A stretch of DNA of 63,379 nucleotides, the filler included, from Hyphochytrium catenoides (Eukaryota > Protista > Hyphochytriomycota): assembly GCA_900088475.1 (NCBI GenBank). It is 9 parts of 9 records of this genome, joined end to end, with 100 filler letters (N's around TTAATTAATTAA, not from the genome) between each part and the next. Parts side by side here need not be neighbours in the genome. Positions count along the whole stretch, not along the records: positions 32,960 to 38,997 come from FLMG01000412.1; positions 39,098 to 40,342 come from FLMG01003211.1; positions 40,443 to 43,576 come from FLMG01003701.1; positions 43,677 to 63,379 come from FLMG01001298.1; 5 more parts are not named here. One strand, written 5' to 3'. This document shows positions 35,447 through 48,708 of this stretch, one piece after another. The translations under genes and the position numbers were made by a program. The notes under the pieces are model-generated. The model saw only the letters and a program-made list of their open reading frames with translations. It was not told the origin of the DNA and made no database searches. The first letter of the stretch is position 1; each line of letters starts with the position of its first letter.

Positions 35447-36063
35447 GAGCAGCATCATGAAGATGGCTTTTCCCTTCTTCTTGGTGGCTTGGCCTTCTCT
35501 TTCTTTCTCTCTACAGAGACATCTAAAAGGAAAAGAGAGAGTCTTCCATCCGAAGAGAGAAGAAGAGAGAGAGAGATTACGGTTGCCTACGTGCAAGAGA
35601 GAGAGAGAGAGAGAGCAACAGACAGGGAGACAGAAATTGGATAGAGAAAGGAAATGAGAGAGAGAGAGAAAGAAGGAAGAGGGAGATGGCAGCTCGTCAC
35701 ATCCACATTAATGTATGATAATAAATAAGGTGTGAAGTAGCAACTTTGCCACGATAAAATTGGAGAGGGTAAAAGGCCTCTCTCTCTCGATGGCCCCTAG
35801 TAGAGCTCTCAGCAATAGAGAAAGGCAAAGAGTCCGCAACGGGACGGGAGCCTAATGCTGAATAGTCTCTCTCTCTCTCTCTCTGTCTCCTTTTTTCTCT
35901 CTCTCTTTTCTGTGCGCTGAACATATAAATACACAGGTGTTTCTTTAGCTTTTGACAGGAGAATGACCATCATTTTGCGTAGAGGTCCCGTGAAATAAGA
36001 GTCCGGGGCGAAAGAGACGGAGAGAGAGTATTGTAGTTCTTTCCTTCTCTCTCTCTCTCTCTC

Positions 36064-36376
36064 TTAGACCCCTGCAATGAGCTCTACGACCACAAAGAGT
36101 ACTGCAGCGTTGGGAACAACCTTCAGCAGATGTGCGGCCATTCCTCCGTAAAGGCCGCGCATTCCTTCCTGTCGCGCGATGAGAGAGAGAGACTGAAACA
36201 TCCCGCGGTACCTGAAGAGAGAGTGGGAAGAGAGAGAGAGAGAGAGGGGGAGAGAGAGAGAGAAAGAAAGAGAGAGAGAAATGTGTCGAGATGTTAAGAT
36301 TTGTCCAAGAAGAGACTGTACGAGAGAGAAAGAAGGAAGAATGGACCGACAAGGAACACACACAGAGAGAGAGAGA

Positions 36377-36417
<41 letters not shown>

Positions 36418-37762
36418 GAGGGTTATAGAGAAAGGGAGCTCTCTTCCAGAAATAGCAGGGGAGTTCCATTCTGCGACTTACTTGGACGCTTCTCCTGGAA
36501 GAGTTTTCTGTTCTCTCAGTCGCGTGCGGACCACCTAACGACCCAGAGGGGAACATAGGTCAGAATAAAGAGAGAGAGGGGGGGAGAGAGAGAGGGAGAG
36601 AGAGAGAGGGAGTCAGAATAAGGAGGGAGAGAGTGGGTTAATGTAAAGAGAGACAGAGAGAGTCAGAGTTAAGAGAAAGACAGAAGATATATATATGTAG
36701 AGAGAACGAACAGAGTAGGAGACAAAAGAGAGAAAGAAGAAGGCTAAACAAGGTCAACGCGAGAGGGACACAAAGAGCAAAGAGAAAGTGGAGAAAGAGA
36801 AGAAAGGAAGGTGCAGAATGGGGATGATGGACCGCATGTGAGACAGAGAGAAAGACAGAGAGAGAGAGTGTGAGGGAGACAGGAGAGAGAGACAGAGAGA
36901 GAGAGACAGAGAGAGTGAGAGAGAGTGTGTGTGAGAGAGAGAGAGCAATGCATACAGTGTGCGAGAGAGGGGCAGTCTCTCTAAAAGGCAAGGTATGTCT
37001 TACCTCGTGTGGATATGTGGCCACTGAGGCCACAAGCTTGGCAGCTGCAGCAATGCCGAAGGTCCAGACATGTGAAGGATCCGACCCTGAGGAAGAGGAA
37101 AGAGAGAAGCAATAAGCAACTTGGAACATGGAAATGCAGAGACAAAGAGAGAGACGAGAGAGACGACGAGGGAGAGAAAGGGCCCCAGGCCAGAGCCCTA
37201 GAAAGGTGGGAACAAGGAGAGAGAGAGAAAGCCACCACCAATCAAACCATCGGAGGGACTCCGAGAGAGAAAGAGAGAAAAGACGGGGAAAGGAAGAACA
37301 AAGCAAGAAGGAGAAAACTGTTTCCTACAAGGAAACTCAGAGGCAGGCAAAAGGTAGGAGGAAGCCAGAAAAGGACAGAAAAGTTACGCATTATCCGTGG
37401 TAGTGTATGTATGCAGAGAAGGAGAGAATAAGGGAGAGGTAGAGAGAGAGAGAGCAGATAGAGAGAGAGACGTAAAGAGAAAAAAAAAATGGGGAGAGAG
37501 ACACAGAGAGAGAGAGAGAAAGGGCGAAGGGGGAGAGAGAGAGAGAGAGAGAGAGGGGGGAGAGATAGAGAGAGAAACTCACCATGGTTCTCTCTGGTCC
37601 ACCTCTTCAGTCTCTCATAGATAACAAGCTGCAGTGCTCCCTCTGACACTCCCCAGTACGAAGCTACCAAGCCCTTGTAAAACGCCCTCACGCCCTCTTT
37701 CCCATAGATCTGACTCGCGCACTCTGTAGATCGAGAAGCACATTATACACAAGTGCGAAGAC

Positions 37763-37837
<75 letters not shown>

Positions 37838-38674
37838 GGAGAGAGAGTGCGTGAGTGAGAGAAACAGAGTGAGAGAAATAAACGCAAGATAGAGAAGAGA
37901 GAGTGAGTGTAAGAGAGAAAGAGAGAAAGAAAGAGAGGTAGAGAGAGAGAGAGAGAGAGAAAGAGAAAGAACGGAAGGAAAGAAAGAGTAGGTACCGAAG
38001 GAAGAGAGAGCGCACGGAAGAGAGGGAAAGAGTGAGAGAAGAGATCGCCGATCGTCCTTACCTAGCACGGAAGAGGTCCCAGAGCGCGCGGCTGAGGATT
38101 GAAGCTGTAGCCGCGTCTTGACGACCCAGATGGGCGACATCACTGTTGCTGTTACACAGCCTACCCGAGAGAGAGAGACAAAGAGAAAAGAAGAGAGAGA
38201 CAAAGAAGAGAGAGAGAAAACAGGGACAGAGAAACTTAGAACGAACAACATCCTAGTTGAAGAGGGGATGATCAGTATGAATGTAGGGAGAGAGCGAAGG
38301 AGAGGGAACGAAGAAGAGAGAAGGAGTGAGAGGAGAGAGAAGGAGGGAGGAGAGCGAGAAAGAGAGAGCAAGCGCCCGATAGCAACACGGATGCTGAGAG
38401 ACTGGGCAGAGAAGAGAGATAAGAGAGAGAGAGAGAGAGGCGCTGGGTGCTGGGAGAGAGAAGGTAGGGAAAGAGAGAGAGAGAGAAGAGATAGACGACG
38501 ACAGGAGGGCGCCTAGTACCTGCTACTGCCCCGGCGATGAAGTTCTGAAGACCTCCGCTCGCGCTTTCTCTCTCTTTCCCTAGAAGCTGCTTCATGCGGG
38601 AATAAGCGGTAAAATAAACGGCTCGGGAAGGTGCCACGCCCACAATGTTAGGGATAACGCCTCGAAAGAGTCCT
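36064..38674 (-). CDS. RIM2: Mitochondrial carrier, pyrimidine nucleotide transporter type (Rim2 / SLC25A33/36-like), 3' exons
   Basis: GLFRGVIPNIVGVAPSRAVYF, PIWVVKTRLQLQ, EGVRAFYKGLVASYWGVSE, AAAAKLVASVATYPHE|VVRTRLRE and GLYGGMAAHLLKVVPNAA, all spliced GT-AG. The 5' end is lost in a gap. Confidence 0.88.
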
Positions 38675-38997
38675 NNNNNNNNNNNNNNNNNNNNNNNNNN
38701 NNNAGAGAGAGAGAGAGAGAGAGAGAAAGAGAAGGAGAACACGTCAGAAAGGGACATAAGAGACAAAAAGCAGGACGGGCGAGGAAGGACCCATCGAGAG
38801 AGAGAAGGTGCAATAGAAGGAGGATGATAGAAAGAAAAGCATGGTAGTGAGAAGATAGCAAACGAGAGAGAGACGAGACACTGCAGAGAGCTTAAGTTAG
38901 AAGGTACAAAGCAAGGATAAAAGGTCGCCGTAGGTTGAAGGTGCTTGTCACGATGTGGTAGGGGGAAAAAATGAAGAGAGAGAGAGAGAGAGAGAGA

Positions 38998-39097
38998 NNN
39001 NNNNNNNNNNNNNNNNNNNNNNNNNNNNNNNNNNNNNNNNNTTAATTAATTAANNNNNNNNNNNNNNNNNNNNNNNNNNNNNNNNNNNNNNNNNNNN
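38998..39097. other. Artificial scaffold-joining spacer
   Basis: 44 N + TTAATTAATTAA + 44 N. Confidence 0.97.
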
Positions 39098-39514
39098 GCC
39101 TCTTCGTCTCAAAGCGGTGATCGTCCACTGAGAGAGAGAGAGAGAGAGAGCGAGAGAGCGAGAGAGGGCGAGAGAGAGAGAGAGAGGCGAGAATAAGAGA
39201 GAGCGAGGAAAGAAACGCGAGGGCGGGGAGAGAAGAGAGAAACATAAGAAACAAAAGTCAGTCGGGAGCAAAGGAAAGGCAGCGACTGTTTAAAAGAGGG
39301 AGAGACAGAGATGGCGAGAGAGAGAGAGGGCGATATCTATAAATATATAGAGAAAGAGGAGAGAGAGAAGAGGAAGGAGGATGCCCCGCGCACGATGAAG
39401 AAGGCGAAGACCGCAAACCTTGCCCTGAAAGAAGAATGAAGGTAGAGAAGAGGACACAACGCGGAAAGCAGGAGAGAGAGAGAAAAGAGAAAAATGAAGA
39501 ACTAGCCAGGCATA

Positions 39515-39691
39515 CGTGAGCTTGTCAGGCGCAGTCTCTTCCTCGGGGAGGCGACATCCACAGAAGACGAAGACGTCTTTCCTTCCTTCAGGGCCTTCTC
39601 TAGGTTCTCTCTGAGCTGTCGGTTCTCCTGGCGCAGGCGGTCGTTCTCTGGACCGATCCAGAGGAGAAAGAGACCAGTCGGATGGAGAGAG

Positions 39692-39728
<37 letters not shown>

Positions 39729-40260
39729 AGAGAGAGACACCGAGAAGGGTAGGGACAGAGAGATAAAAGCGAGAGAAGAGCGGTATGTCATTTTCAGGGA
39801 AAGCAGTCGATGAGGTAGAGAAGGAGAGAGAGACGGCAAATAGACGAAGAGATGAGCAAGTACAAGAGATAGAAGCTAAAGTTCGACCGAGAAGGAGGGA
39901 AAGAAGAGAGAGATAACGTTGAGCAAGAGGCGAGAGAGAGACAGAGGGAGAGACGGTACCTTTTTCCAACATGAGAGAGTGGGAGCGCATTGTCTCTTGG
40001 AACCCGTCCGACCGTAGAAACTTATCTACATCCTCCTTCACCTGCAGCAGCCACAAGTCATGTTTTGTTGCTTTGCTTGCTCTCTCTCTCTCTGTCTCTC
40101 TCTCTGTCTCTCCCTCGCCCTCCACCCCACTCTTTCTTCTTGGTCTCTTCTTCATTCTTGCACTCTTTTCGCTTGCCTTACGTGCCTCCAACAACGTTAG
40201 CAACCTTCGTGTCTCTCCTTCTCTCTCTTCCTCTCGCCGGCCCCGCTCTCAGTTCTCCCT
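39515..40260 (-). CDS. Fragments of a hypothetical coiled-coil protein
   Basis: Exon-like blocks VKEDVDKFLRSDGFQETMRSHSLMLEK and ENDRLRQENRQLRENLEKALKEG flanked by AG/GT and CT-rich introns. No family recognised. Confidence 0.4.
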
Positions 40261-40342
40261 CTTTTGCTCTCTCTCTTATTTTCGGCGCCTCTCTCTTGTC
40301 GTTGAGACTCTTTCTGTGTTCCTCTCTCTCTCTCTCTCTCTC

Positions 40343-40442
40343 NNNNNNNNNNNNNNNNNNNNNNNNNNNNNNNNNNNNNNNNNNNNTTAATTAATTAANN
40401 NNNNNNNNNNNNNNNNNNNNNNNNNNNNNNNNNNNNNNNNNN
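40343..40442. other. Artificial scaffold-joining spacer
   Basis: 44 N + TTAATTAATTAA + 44 N. Confidence 0.97.
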
Positions 40443-42146
40443 GAGAGAGAGAGAGAGAAGATGACGGAGGGAGCAGAGAGAGAGGAAGGGAGCAGCGGGC
40501 AGAGCCCACAAGCCACACACGAGTCAATCGACCTCTATCTTGGGAGCCAGAGTCCGAATGTTAGAGGAGGCTCCTCTTATGAACTTGTTCCTCTAACAAA
40601 GGCTGAGGAGTGAGAAGAATAAAAGAAAGAGAGAGAAAGGACAGTACAAAGGAAAGTCTAGCAGCAGAGCAGATCTTTAAGAACAAAAGGAGGGAGATGG
40701 AAGTGGCTAGTCGGAGGAGGAGAGTAGCAAACGAGATGCACCGGAACAATAATGATCGGTAACAGACCTTTCTTGCCTAGTGATGAAGAGCAAAGAGGAA
40801 GGTGACGAGAGAAAGGCAGAAAGAGAGAGAGAGAAAAAGAGATATAGAGAGAGAGTGTGATATATATATATAGAGAGAGAGAGAAAGTGGTGAAGGAAGG
40901 AACAGATAGGAGCTGCAAGCAGAGAAGATGGGGTCAACAAAGAGCCAAAGTCTAATTCTATCTCATCCTCTCCCCGTCTCTCTGTTTCCACTGTCTTTCT
41001 CTCTCCTCTTCCCTCATCGTCGGCGGGGTCATCAGGCCCTCGGGGGGATGATGAGTTTCCTTCCTCAGACGCCCCGGGGACCCTCTACTCTTTGATATGA
41101 AGAGCCTACCTGCTGCTTGTCTCTCTCTCTCTCTCCCTTATCTTCCGCCTCTCTCCCCCTCTCTCGCCTCATATCAACTTGGTTGCCTTGTCTGGAGGGG
41201 TTTCCTTCCTCCCTTTTTATTATGATCCACTGGAGAAACCGCAGAATGAGCAGCGACCACGCTGGCACCGCTAGCCAACATAGACTTGTAGTCCTAACGA
41301 AGCTGGTGATGACAGAAGAAGAGGAGATGGACCGAGGAAGAAGCAGCAACAAGATGATGGGAGGACTACATGTCGTGCACGGCAGAAGAAGAGAAAAGGG
41401 CAAGAGAGAAGAACAGAAATAATGTGACAGAGAGAGGGGGGANNNNNNNNNNNNNNNNNNNNNNNNNNNNNNNNNNNNNNNNNNNNNNNNNNNNNNNNNN
41501 NNNNNNNNNNNNNNNNNNNNNNNNNNNNNNNNNNNNNNNNNNNNNNNNNNNNNNNNNNNNNNGACAGACAGACAGACAGAGAGAGAGAGATGTAGCGAGA
41601 GAGAAGACCAGATGCATCAAGACGACAGGCAGGTGCTAGAAGAAGAGAGATAGAGCTGAGCGAGATCACAGAGATAGTAGAACACTTAGCGAAAGAAGAA
41701 GACCAAGAGCCAGAGCGCAGATTGCTAGGAAGAGGAAAGAAAGAGGTTAAAAAGGAATGGAGAGAAGGCACCACGCAGTCCCCTTCCTAGCCTTCTCTGA
41801 GTGGGAGGTTCCGTTCAGGACGGAGAGGAAGCACACACGCATGGCGATGATGCAAGGCGAGGAGCGGAGGAGGTTGCCTGCCACAATAATAACGATTTTT
41901 TTATTGATGGCTGTATGGGTGGTGAGGCCTCCAGTGAGCTTACATTGACGCCGCCCCTTTGGGCAGTCCTGGTCCCTCTCAGTCTCTTCTGCGCTCTATG
42001 GTCCGGTTGTCTCCTCTATTCTACGGGTGTCCTAGGTGCCTGATCGTCTATATGCCTCTGTTGTCGCAGACCAACAGTGAGAAATGATATAGATTCAAGG
42101 AGAAGTAACGCCGAGCATCAAAGCTTCAGAGCAAGAGTGCGAGTCA

Positions 42147-42338
42147 GAGAGAAGAGAAGATGCAAAAGGAGAACAAGGAAAAGCACTGAGTGAGAGAGAG
42201 AAGAGAAGAGAAGATGCAAAAGGAGAACAAGGAAAAGCACTGAGTGAGAGAGAGAAGAGAAGAGAAGATGCAAATGGAGAACAAGAAAAAGCACTGAGTG
42301 AGAGAGAGAAGAGAAGAGAAGATGCAAAAGGAGAAGAG
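42147..42338. repeat. 54-bp minisatellite, ~3.5 copies
   Basis: GATGCAAA recurs at 42159, 42213, 42267 and 42321 within near-identical units. Confidence 0.9.
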
Positions 42339-42913
42339 AGAAGGATAATGATAAAATTGACCAATGTATTATGGGGTCCACGCTTCGCGGCGCATGACCA
42401 ATAACACAGACCAAGAAATTCCTCAGCGAGGAGAAGAGACGAAAGCGCCGTGAGCAAGAGAAGATCGAGAAAAAGCAGGCATTGGCCTGAAAGAGGAGAC
42501 CTTATCACCAAGAAGAGATGAACAACAGTGAAGGAGGAGTATTATCCCATCTCCATACTAGTTCCCTCTTCCCACTTGATACTATCTACGCTCTTCCTTG
42601 TCTTCTCTCCGCATTGGCAATGGATAGCTACGAGCTTGGTGATGATAGGATTCTGTCAGCAGCGCTCTCTTCTCATCATCTATTGCTCTAAGTAGCGGAG
42701 GAGCTGCAACAATGTCTTTGGCAACAGACACATCTTCTTCTTCTTCTTTGAAGAGCATATTATCAGCAGCAGTACTTTTCTCTCTCTTATGCCTTTCATC
42801 TTGCTTCTGTCTCAACCCTCCCCGCTCTTCTTCTGGTCATTGTCTTTCTCTCCCTCGTGTCCCCTGGGTAGCAAGAGGAGTTAATCAGTCAGCCTCCTCA
42901 GACTGCAATTGAG

Positions 42914-42973
<60 letters not shown>

Positions 42974-43576
42974 TCTTCTCTCTCTCTCCCTTGACTTCTC
43001 TCTCTCTCTCACTTTGGTTAGCTCTTTTATCAAAAATGAATGCCCGGATCGCTACCTATCAAATCCACATCGCACCTCTTTCTCACTCTGTCTTCTCGAA
43101 ATGACACCCCAAGCGCTTTTTACCTATGTTACTAGCTTCTACGGCTGTATCTCACCTGTTCTCGGTCTCGCCACTCTTTTCACTACTGGCTCTTTCTTTG
43201 ACCGTAGAAATTTCCTCATTTCTGAAGCGCCATCATCTGGCTCCGCTCCCTCCATAGTAATAGCGCTCATGACGACAGGAGAAACCCATAGATAGTACCC
43301 CGTGAGCCTCCCGTAATAATGCTTTTCCTTGTAACTACTGGTACTTTTCCCATTGTTGTTCGAAGACTTGTCCACAACTGCAGGGGGGGCTTCACTGAAT
43401 GAGTTCGTGGTATAATACCCTTTAGCTGGAGGTGAGGGTCCCTGCCTACCCTACCATACCGAGATTGGAAGCTACCTACGTCTTTATTGGCGTTTTCTTA
43501 TTGCTGTGAGGACAAAGATTGAGAGAATCAAGTTCTTTGAGGGGACCAAGTTCTCTCTCTTTCTCTCTCTCTCTCT

Positions 43577-43676
43577 NNNNNNNNNNNNNNNNNNNNNNNN
43601 NNNNNNNNNNNNNNNNNNNNTTAATTAATTAANNNNNNNNNNNNNNNNNNNNNNNNNNNNNNNNNNNNNNNNNNNN
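43577..43676. other. Artificial scaffold-joining spacer
   Basis: 44 N + TTAATTAATTAA + 44 N. Confidence 0.97.
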
Positions 43677-44019
43677 GAGAGAGAGAGAGAGAGCGAGAGA
43701 GCAAGGAAGGAGAGAGAGGGACAGAGAGAGAGAGAGAGAAAGGAAGGAGAGAGAGGGAGAGAGAGCTGTGGGAGGAATCTTGCATTCATTGGAAAGAGGA
43801 GAGGTCAGAAGCGTGGAACGCCGAGAGTGATGACTTTTGCTCACCGTAACATAGATTGATTGCAGAAGAAGAGAGAGACAGAGAAAGAGACAAACGTCAT
43901 CAGACAATCTGCGGTTGCCATAGGAATCCCAAGATAAGCTGCTGTCTTAGAGAGGAAGAGACGAAAGAGAGACATCAGATTGAGGTCTCCCGTCGCTGTT
44001 TCCTCCCTTTATCGGAGCC

Positions 44020-44280
44020 ATGCAGAGGAGCTTGATCACCACCGCGAGAGGCGCAGCCCGCACTGCAGGGCTAAGGTAAGGGAAGAAGTGTGTAAGGAGA
44101 AAGAGAAAGCGACACTAAGGTACCTCTCTCTCCCTCTCTCCTCTCTCTCTCTCTCTCTCTCTGCGCATCACCTTTTCTAGGCCGTCTGCAAGCGCTATCC
44201 GCCTGCTATCCACCAGTCCTCCCACCAGCACACCGCCGGAGAAGATGTCAAGCGACCGAAGGTTCCCAGCTGCCTTGGTC

Positions 44281-44311
<31 letters not shown>

Positions 44312-44880
44312 CTTTCTCTTATTCTCTTTGTTATACTCCTTATTCGTCCCTCAAACCTATCTGTGCAGGTATCAGCCTGTTAACCCTGTGCCAGAGGAAG
44401 TGCTGAAGAACATGAAGAGTCAGGAGATCTTCTCTCCTGGTTTTGCCATCAAGGAAGAGAAGAAAGAGGGACGCGCGATCTACCTCGATGCACAGGCTAC
44501 GAGTCCCATAGATCCTAGAGTACTAGATGTCATGCTGCCGTATATGACGGGTACAGCCTCTTTCTCAACGTCTATCTCTTCTGTTAAGGACTCTCCTCCT
44601 TCTTCTTCTTCTCTGGCTTCTCTTCTCATGCTATATCCTTTGCCTCTCACTCAATCATGGCTTTTCTTTTCATGGCTTTCTCTTTCTGTATCCAAAGGTA
44701 GTGCTTTGCAGCGTTGCCTTCTTCTCTGCTGACCATGAGCATTGTGGCTGTGTCTTCGATAATTGTCTGTGTCATTATGTCCCTCGGGGGTTCCGGATGT
44801 GGCTCTTTGTCTCTTGTCTATCGTTTTGGAGACAACGGACTGTCTGCATTCTTCTTATTCACTAACGCTCCTCCCTCTCT

Positions 44881-44922
<42 letters not shown>

Positions 44923-47515
44923 ATGTACGCTATTCCTTCACTTGCTTTTTTGGTTTGGGGACAGCCAAGTTTGGGAATCCTCATTCTAGGACGCACAACT
45001 ACGGCTGGGAGGCCGAGGAGGCTGTCGAGAAAGCAAGAGAGCAGGTCCGTGGAGGGAACATTCTCTATTCTCTGGTCACACTCCTCTTCCGCCTGCCCTG
45101 TCTGTCTCAATCTCTGTCCCTTCTCTTTAGCACGCTTTCCCTCTCTCATCCTTCTTCTCATGTCTCTCTTCCTGAGGGTCCTTCGCTGTCTGAACCTTGA
45201 TCTCTCTCCCTTCCTTCTGACCTATCTCTGCTCTCCCGCCGTCTGTCTCCGTCAGGTTGCGAACCTTATCGGCGCTAACCCTAAAGAAATTATCTTTACC
45301 TCCGGCGCCACGGAGTCTAATAACATCGCGATCAAGGGAGTTAGTCGCTTTCTCAAGGGAAAGAAGAATCACATTATCACCACACAGGTGAGGAAGTACA
45401 AAGAGCATCAGAGAAGAGTGCTCTGCAACGTGCTCAGGAGTGATAACACCACTGTGTCTGTCCCGCTCTTCAACCTGCATTGACAGTCTTTGCTCTTTTT
45501 CATCATCCCCTTCCTTTTCTTCTTCTTGACAATGAATTTTGACTTATTAAGGATTCTGCTTTCCCTTTTGTCCTTGGGCCCTTTGCCGATGCTCTGTAGA
45601 CGGAGCACAAGTGCGTGCTGGATTCCTGTCGATACATGGAGCAGGAAGGAGTGGCTGTGACCTACCTACCCGTCTTGCCCAACGGACTGCTAGACCTGGA
45701 GATGTTAGAAAAAGCGATCCGACCTGATACTGCCCTGGTGTCAGTGCTTGCAGTCAACAACGAGATAGGAGTGGTACGTGAGAGTGTTGAGTCTCGAGAC
45801 GGGGAAGGGTGACATCGGGAAGAAAGAAGAAGGGCGTGAGGAAACAGGAGAGATAATCTCCATACGTTCCTGGTCCCTACTACCGGTGGTGGAGACATGC
45901 CCCTTCAAATGCCCCTTCAAGTCTCTGCACGTCTCGGTGTGGTCTCTTTCTCACATTCTTTGTCTTTCTACCTTCAGCTTCAAAACCTGAAAGAGATTGG
46001 TCAGATTTGTCGCAAGAACAAGGTTTTCTTCCACACGGATGCGGCTCAAATGATAGGCAAGATGCCTTTGGATGTGAATGAGAGTCAGATTGACTTGATG
46101 TCCATCTCCGGACATAAGATCTATGGCCCAAAAGGCGTTGGCGCGCTCTATGTTAGGAGAAGGCCGAGAGTGAGGCTGGAAGCACAGATGTCTGGAGGAG
46201 GACAGGAGAGAGGGTTAAGGAGTGGTAAGCTGAAGGCTCACCTTACCTCTCGTTTCTCCGTTCGTCCCTTAAGATTCCTGCTTTTTCGTTGCGTCCTCTC
46301 ATCTGCCATTCTCTTGAGTCAACGGCCTATCTTGTACCACACCCATCGTGGTCTATTCCTCCATCGTTCTCATCTCCTTCCGTTCGATTTCTCTCTCTCT
46401 CTCTCGGCTTTTTTCTGCTCGTTTTTGCTCTCTCTCTCTCTCTCTCTCTTCTCCCTTCATTCCCACCTTCCTCTCTGTGTGCCTCTCTGTTCGTTGGTCT
46501 GTTGTCGCCTCTCGCTCTCGCTCTTAACTTTGCCGGTGTCCTCTCTTTCTGTGCTTCTCCTCGGTCCGTGTCTATTTTAACGCGAACCTACAGGAACTCT
46601 GCCGCATTTCCTCTGCGCTGGTCTTGGTGCTGCCTGTGAGATTGCCCAGAAAGATATGGAGTTTGACCATCAATGGATTCAATTTCTCTCGGACAGACTC
46701 TATAATGTAGGTAGACCGTGAATGGAAAAGATAGCAGATGAAGGAGAAGTGGCCGGGACAAGAGAGAAATGGCTAACAGCTTTCTAACTTCCTTTAGGGC
46801 ATCATGGAAAGGGTTCCCAACGTCATCCTCAACGGAGATAAAGAACAAAGGTATATTGTCTACTGAAGAAGTCAGACTCTCTCTCTCTTCTTGTCTCTCT
46901 TCTGGCGTTCTCTCTTCCCTCATCTCCTCTTTCGGCGTATTCGTGTCTTAGTCTTTGGTTGGCGGTAGGAGAATAGCATCACTCATTGTTGCTTGCTTGT
47001 TTCCTTTCTCTGTAGGTATCCCGGTAACCTGAACCTGTCATTCGCCTTCGTGGAGGGTGAGAGCCTACTAATGGCTCTCAAGAGTATCGCAGTCTCCTCA
47101 GGCAGCGCCTGCACCAGGTTAGCCACGCTATCCTCGTTCTGCCTCACTGTCTGATGGACAATTGAAGATCCAAGCCTATCTCTCTTCCCTCTCATTCTTT
47201 TCTGGTCCTCCTCTTCTCAATGTCTGTCGGCAACCTATAGCTCGTGGGTTAACCCAGCTCCTTGTTCCTTCTGCGTTATCCAGTGCCTCCTTAGAGCCGT
47301 CCTACGTCCTCCGCGCTATTGGAGTGGAAGAGGACCTCGCCCATACCTCCATTCGCTTTGGCATCGGTCGTTTCAGCACAGTGGACGAGATTGACCTTAC
47401 CATTGACTTGGTAGAGAAGAGTGTGCAGAGATTGAGAGAAATGTCTCCTCTGTGGGAGCTCCACCAGGAAGGAATAGATCTGAAGACCATTCAGTGGAGC
47501 CAAGACGCCCATTAA
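44020..47515 (+). CDS. NFS1: Mitochondrial cysteine desulfurase (IscS/Nfs1), complete
   Basis: Eleven GT-AG exons: Arg/Ser/Ala-rich presequence [69 protein letters not shown] (PLP Lys), SSGSACT|[10 protein letters not shown] (catalytic Cys), and LREMSPLWE. Confidence 0.97.
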
Positions 47516-48094
47516 GACTATATTTCCTCTCTACTCTCGTCTCCCTCCCCATGTCTATCCTACCCTCTTTCCTTCCTCTCTCTCCTGCGAGTGACCAGAT
47601 TATAAACCTCGCCTTACTTCGCGAGGGAGAGACCATAGCCTCTTAAATGAACGGAGAGAAGAGAGAAGCCTTCATATCGGTCTCTCTCTTCTCTAACTCC
47701 GGAGCCAATGACGACCACTTGGTATGATGAGTCTCATGTTCAGTGCTAGAAGTTAAAAGAGTATAAGGGCCTTCCAGCCCCTTCAATGCTAGGACATTGG
47801 TTTTACTTCGCACAGAGTCCCCATTGTCGAGTGGCTGTCCTTTAGATAGAACATTTCCTCTTCATTTACTGAGCTCTTTCTTGATTTCTCTCACTTCCGG
47901 TGTCTCTCTGTGCCTGAAAGTCTTCGGACACTGGTCCTTATAAGATAGCTATACACGGGTAGGCTCTCTTTGGAATGCGAAGACACACGTTAGTTCGAGC
48001 GATGAAGAGAGAGAAAGAGGAGCAGACACCGTGTTCTGAACGGCATGAGTCGTGAAGAAGGAATTGCAACGTGTTATCCTTAGGGCTTTTGGTC

Positions 48095-48621
48095 TTATTT
48101 TCCTCTTCCCCTGGCCCCTCTCCCTCTTCTCCCGCCTCTTCTGGCCATTCTTTGCTGCAGCACAATCTTCTCTACGTCTGAGTTTCTTCCTCGGTTCTTG
48201 AGGTCGTCGTGTAAGCTCTACAATGGACGTCATAGTCAGAAACAGGGGAGAAAATATGGAGGTGGAAGAAAGAAGTGTTCTCGTTTTCTCTCTCTAACTC
48301 TCCCTCTCTCACACACGCTAAATCTTGGAATGTCGTCTGTCTCTCTCATACTATACTCTCTCTGTCTGCGCTCCTCCCTTGGAAACTGGGGTCGTCGGTA
48401 GGCTCGTACCTGTAGGCGTCTCTCTTCTTCTACCCATCTGAGATATGCCTCTTCTCTCCTCATCCTCTCCAGTTCCTGCCGCTCCATCTCGAGTTGTTGC
48501 TGGCGCTTCCGCTTTACGAAGCACAAAAAGAGAGACACAAATACGAGGTCAGCAGACCCGCCCGCAGGTGGAGAGAAGGATCGAGGCTGAATAAGACGGC
48601 AGCAGCTGCTCAACAGGCTGG

Positions 48622-48658
<37 letters not shown>

Positions 48659-48660
48659 NN

Positions 48661-48708
<48 letters not shown>

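Noticed and set aside
44020-47515. Alternative genetic code or stop-codon reassignment suggested by fragmented ORFs
   Set aside because: NFS1, DusA, ClpX, ERI and the carrier all reconstruct without internal stops once introns are removed.
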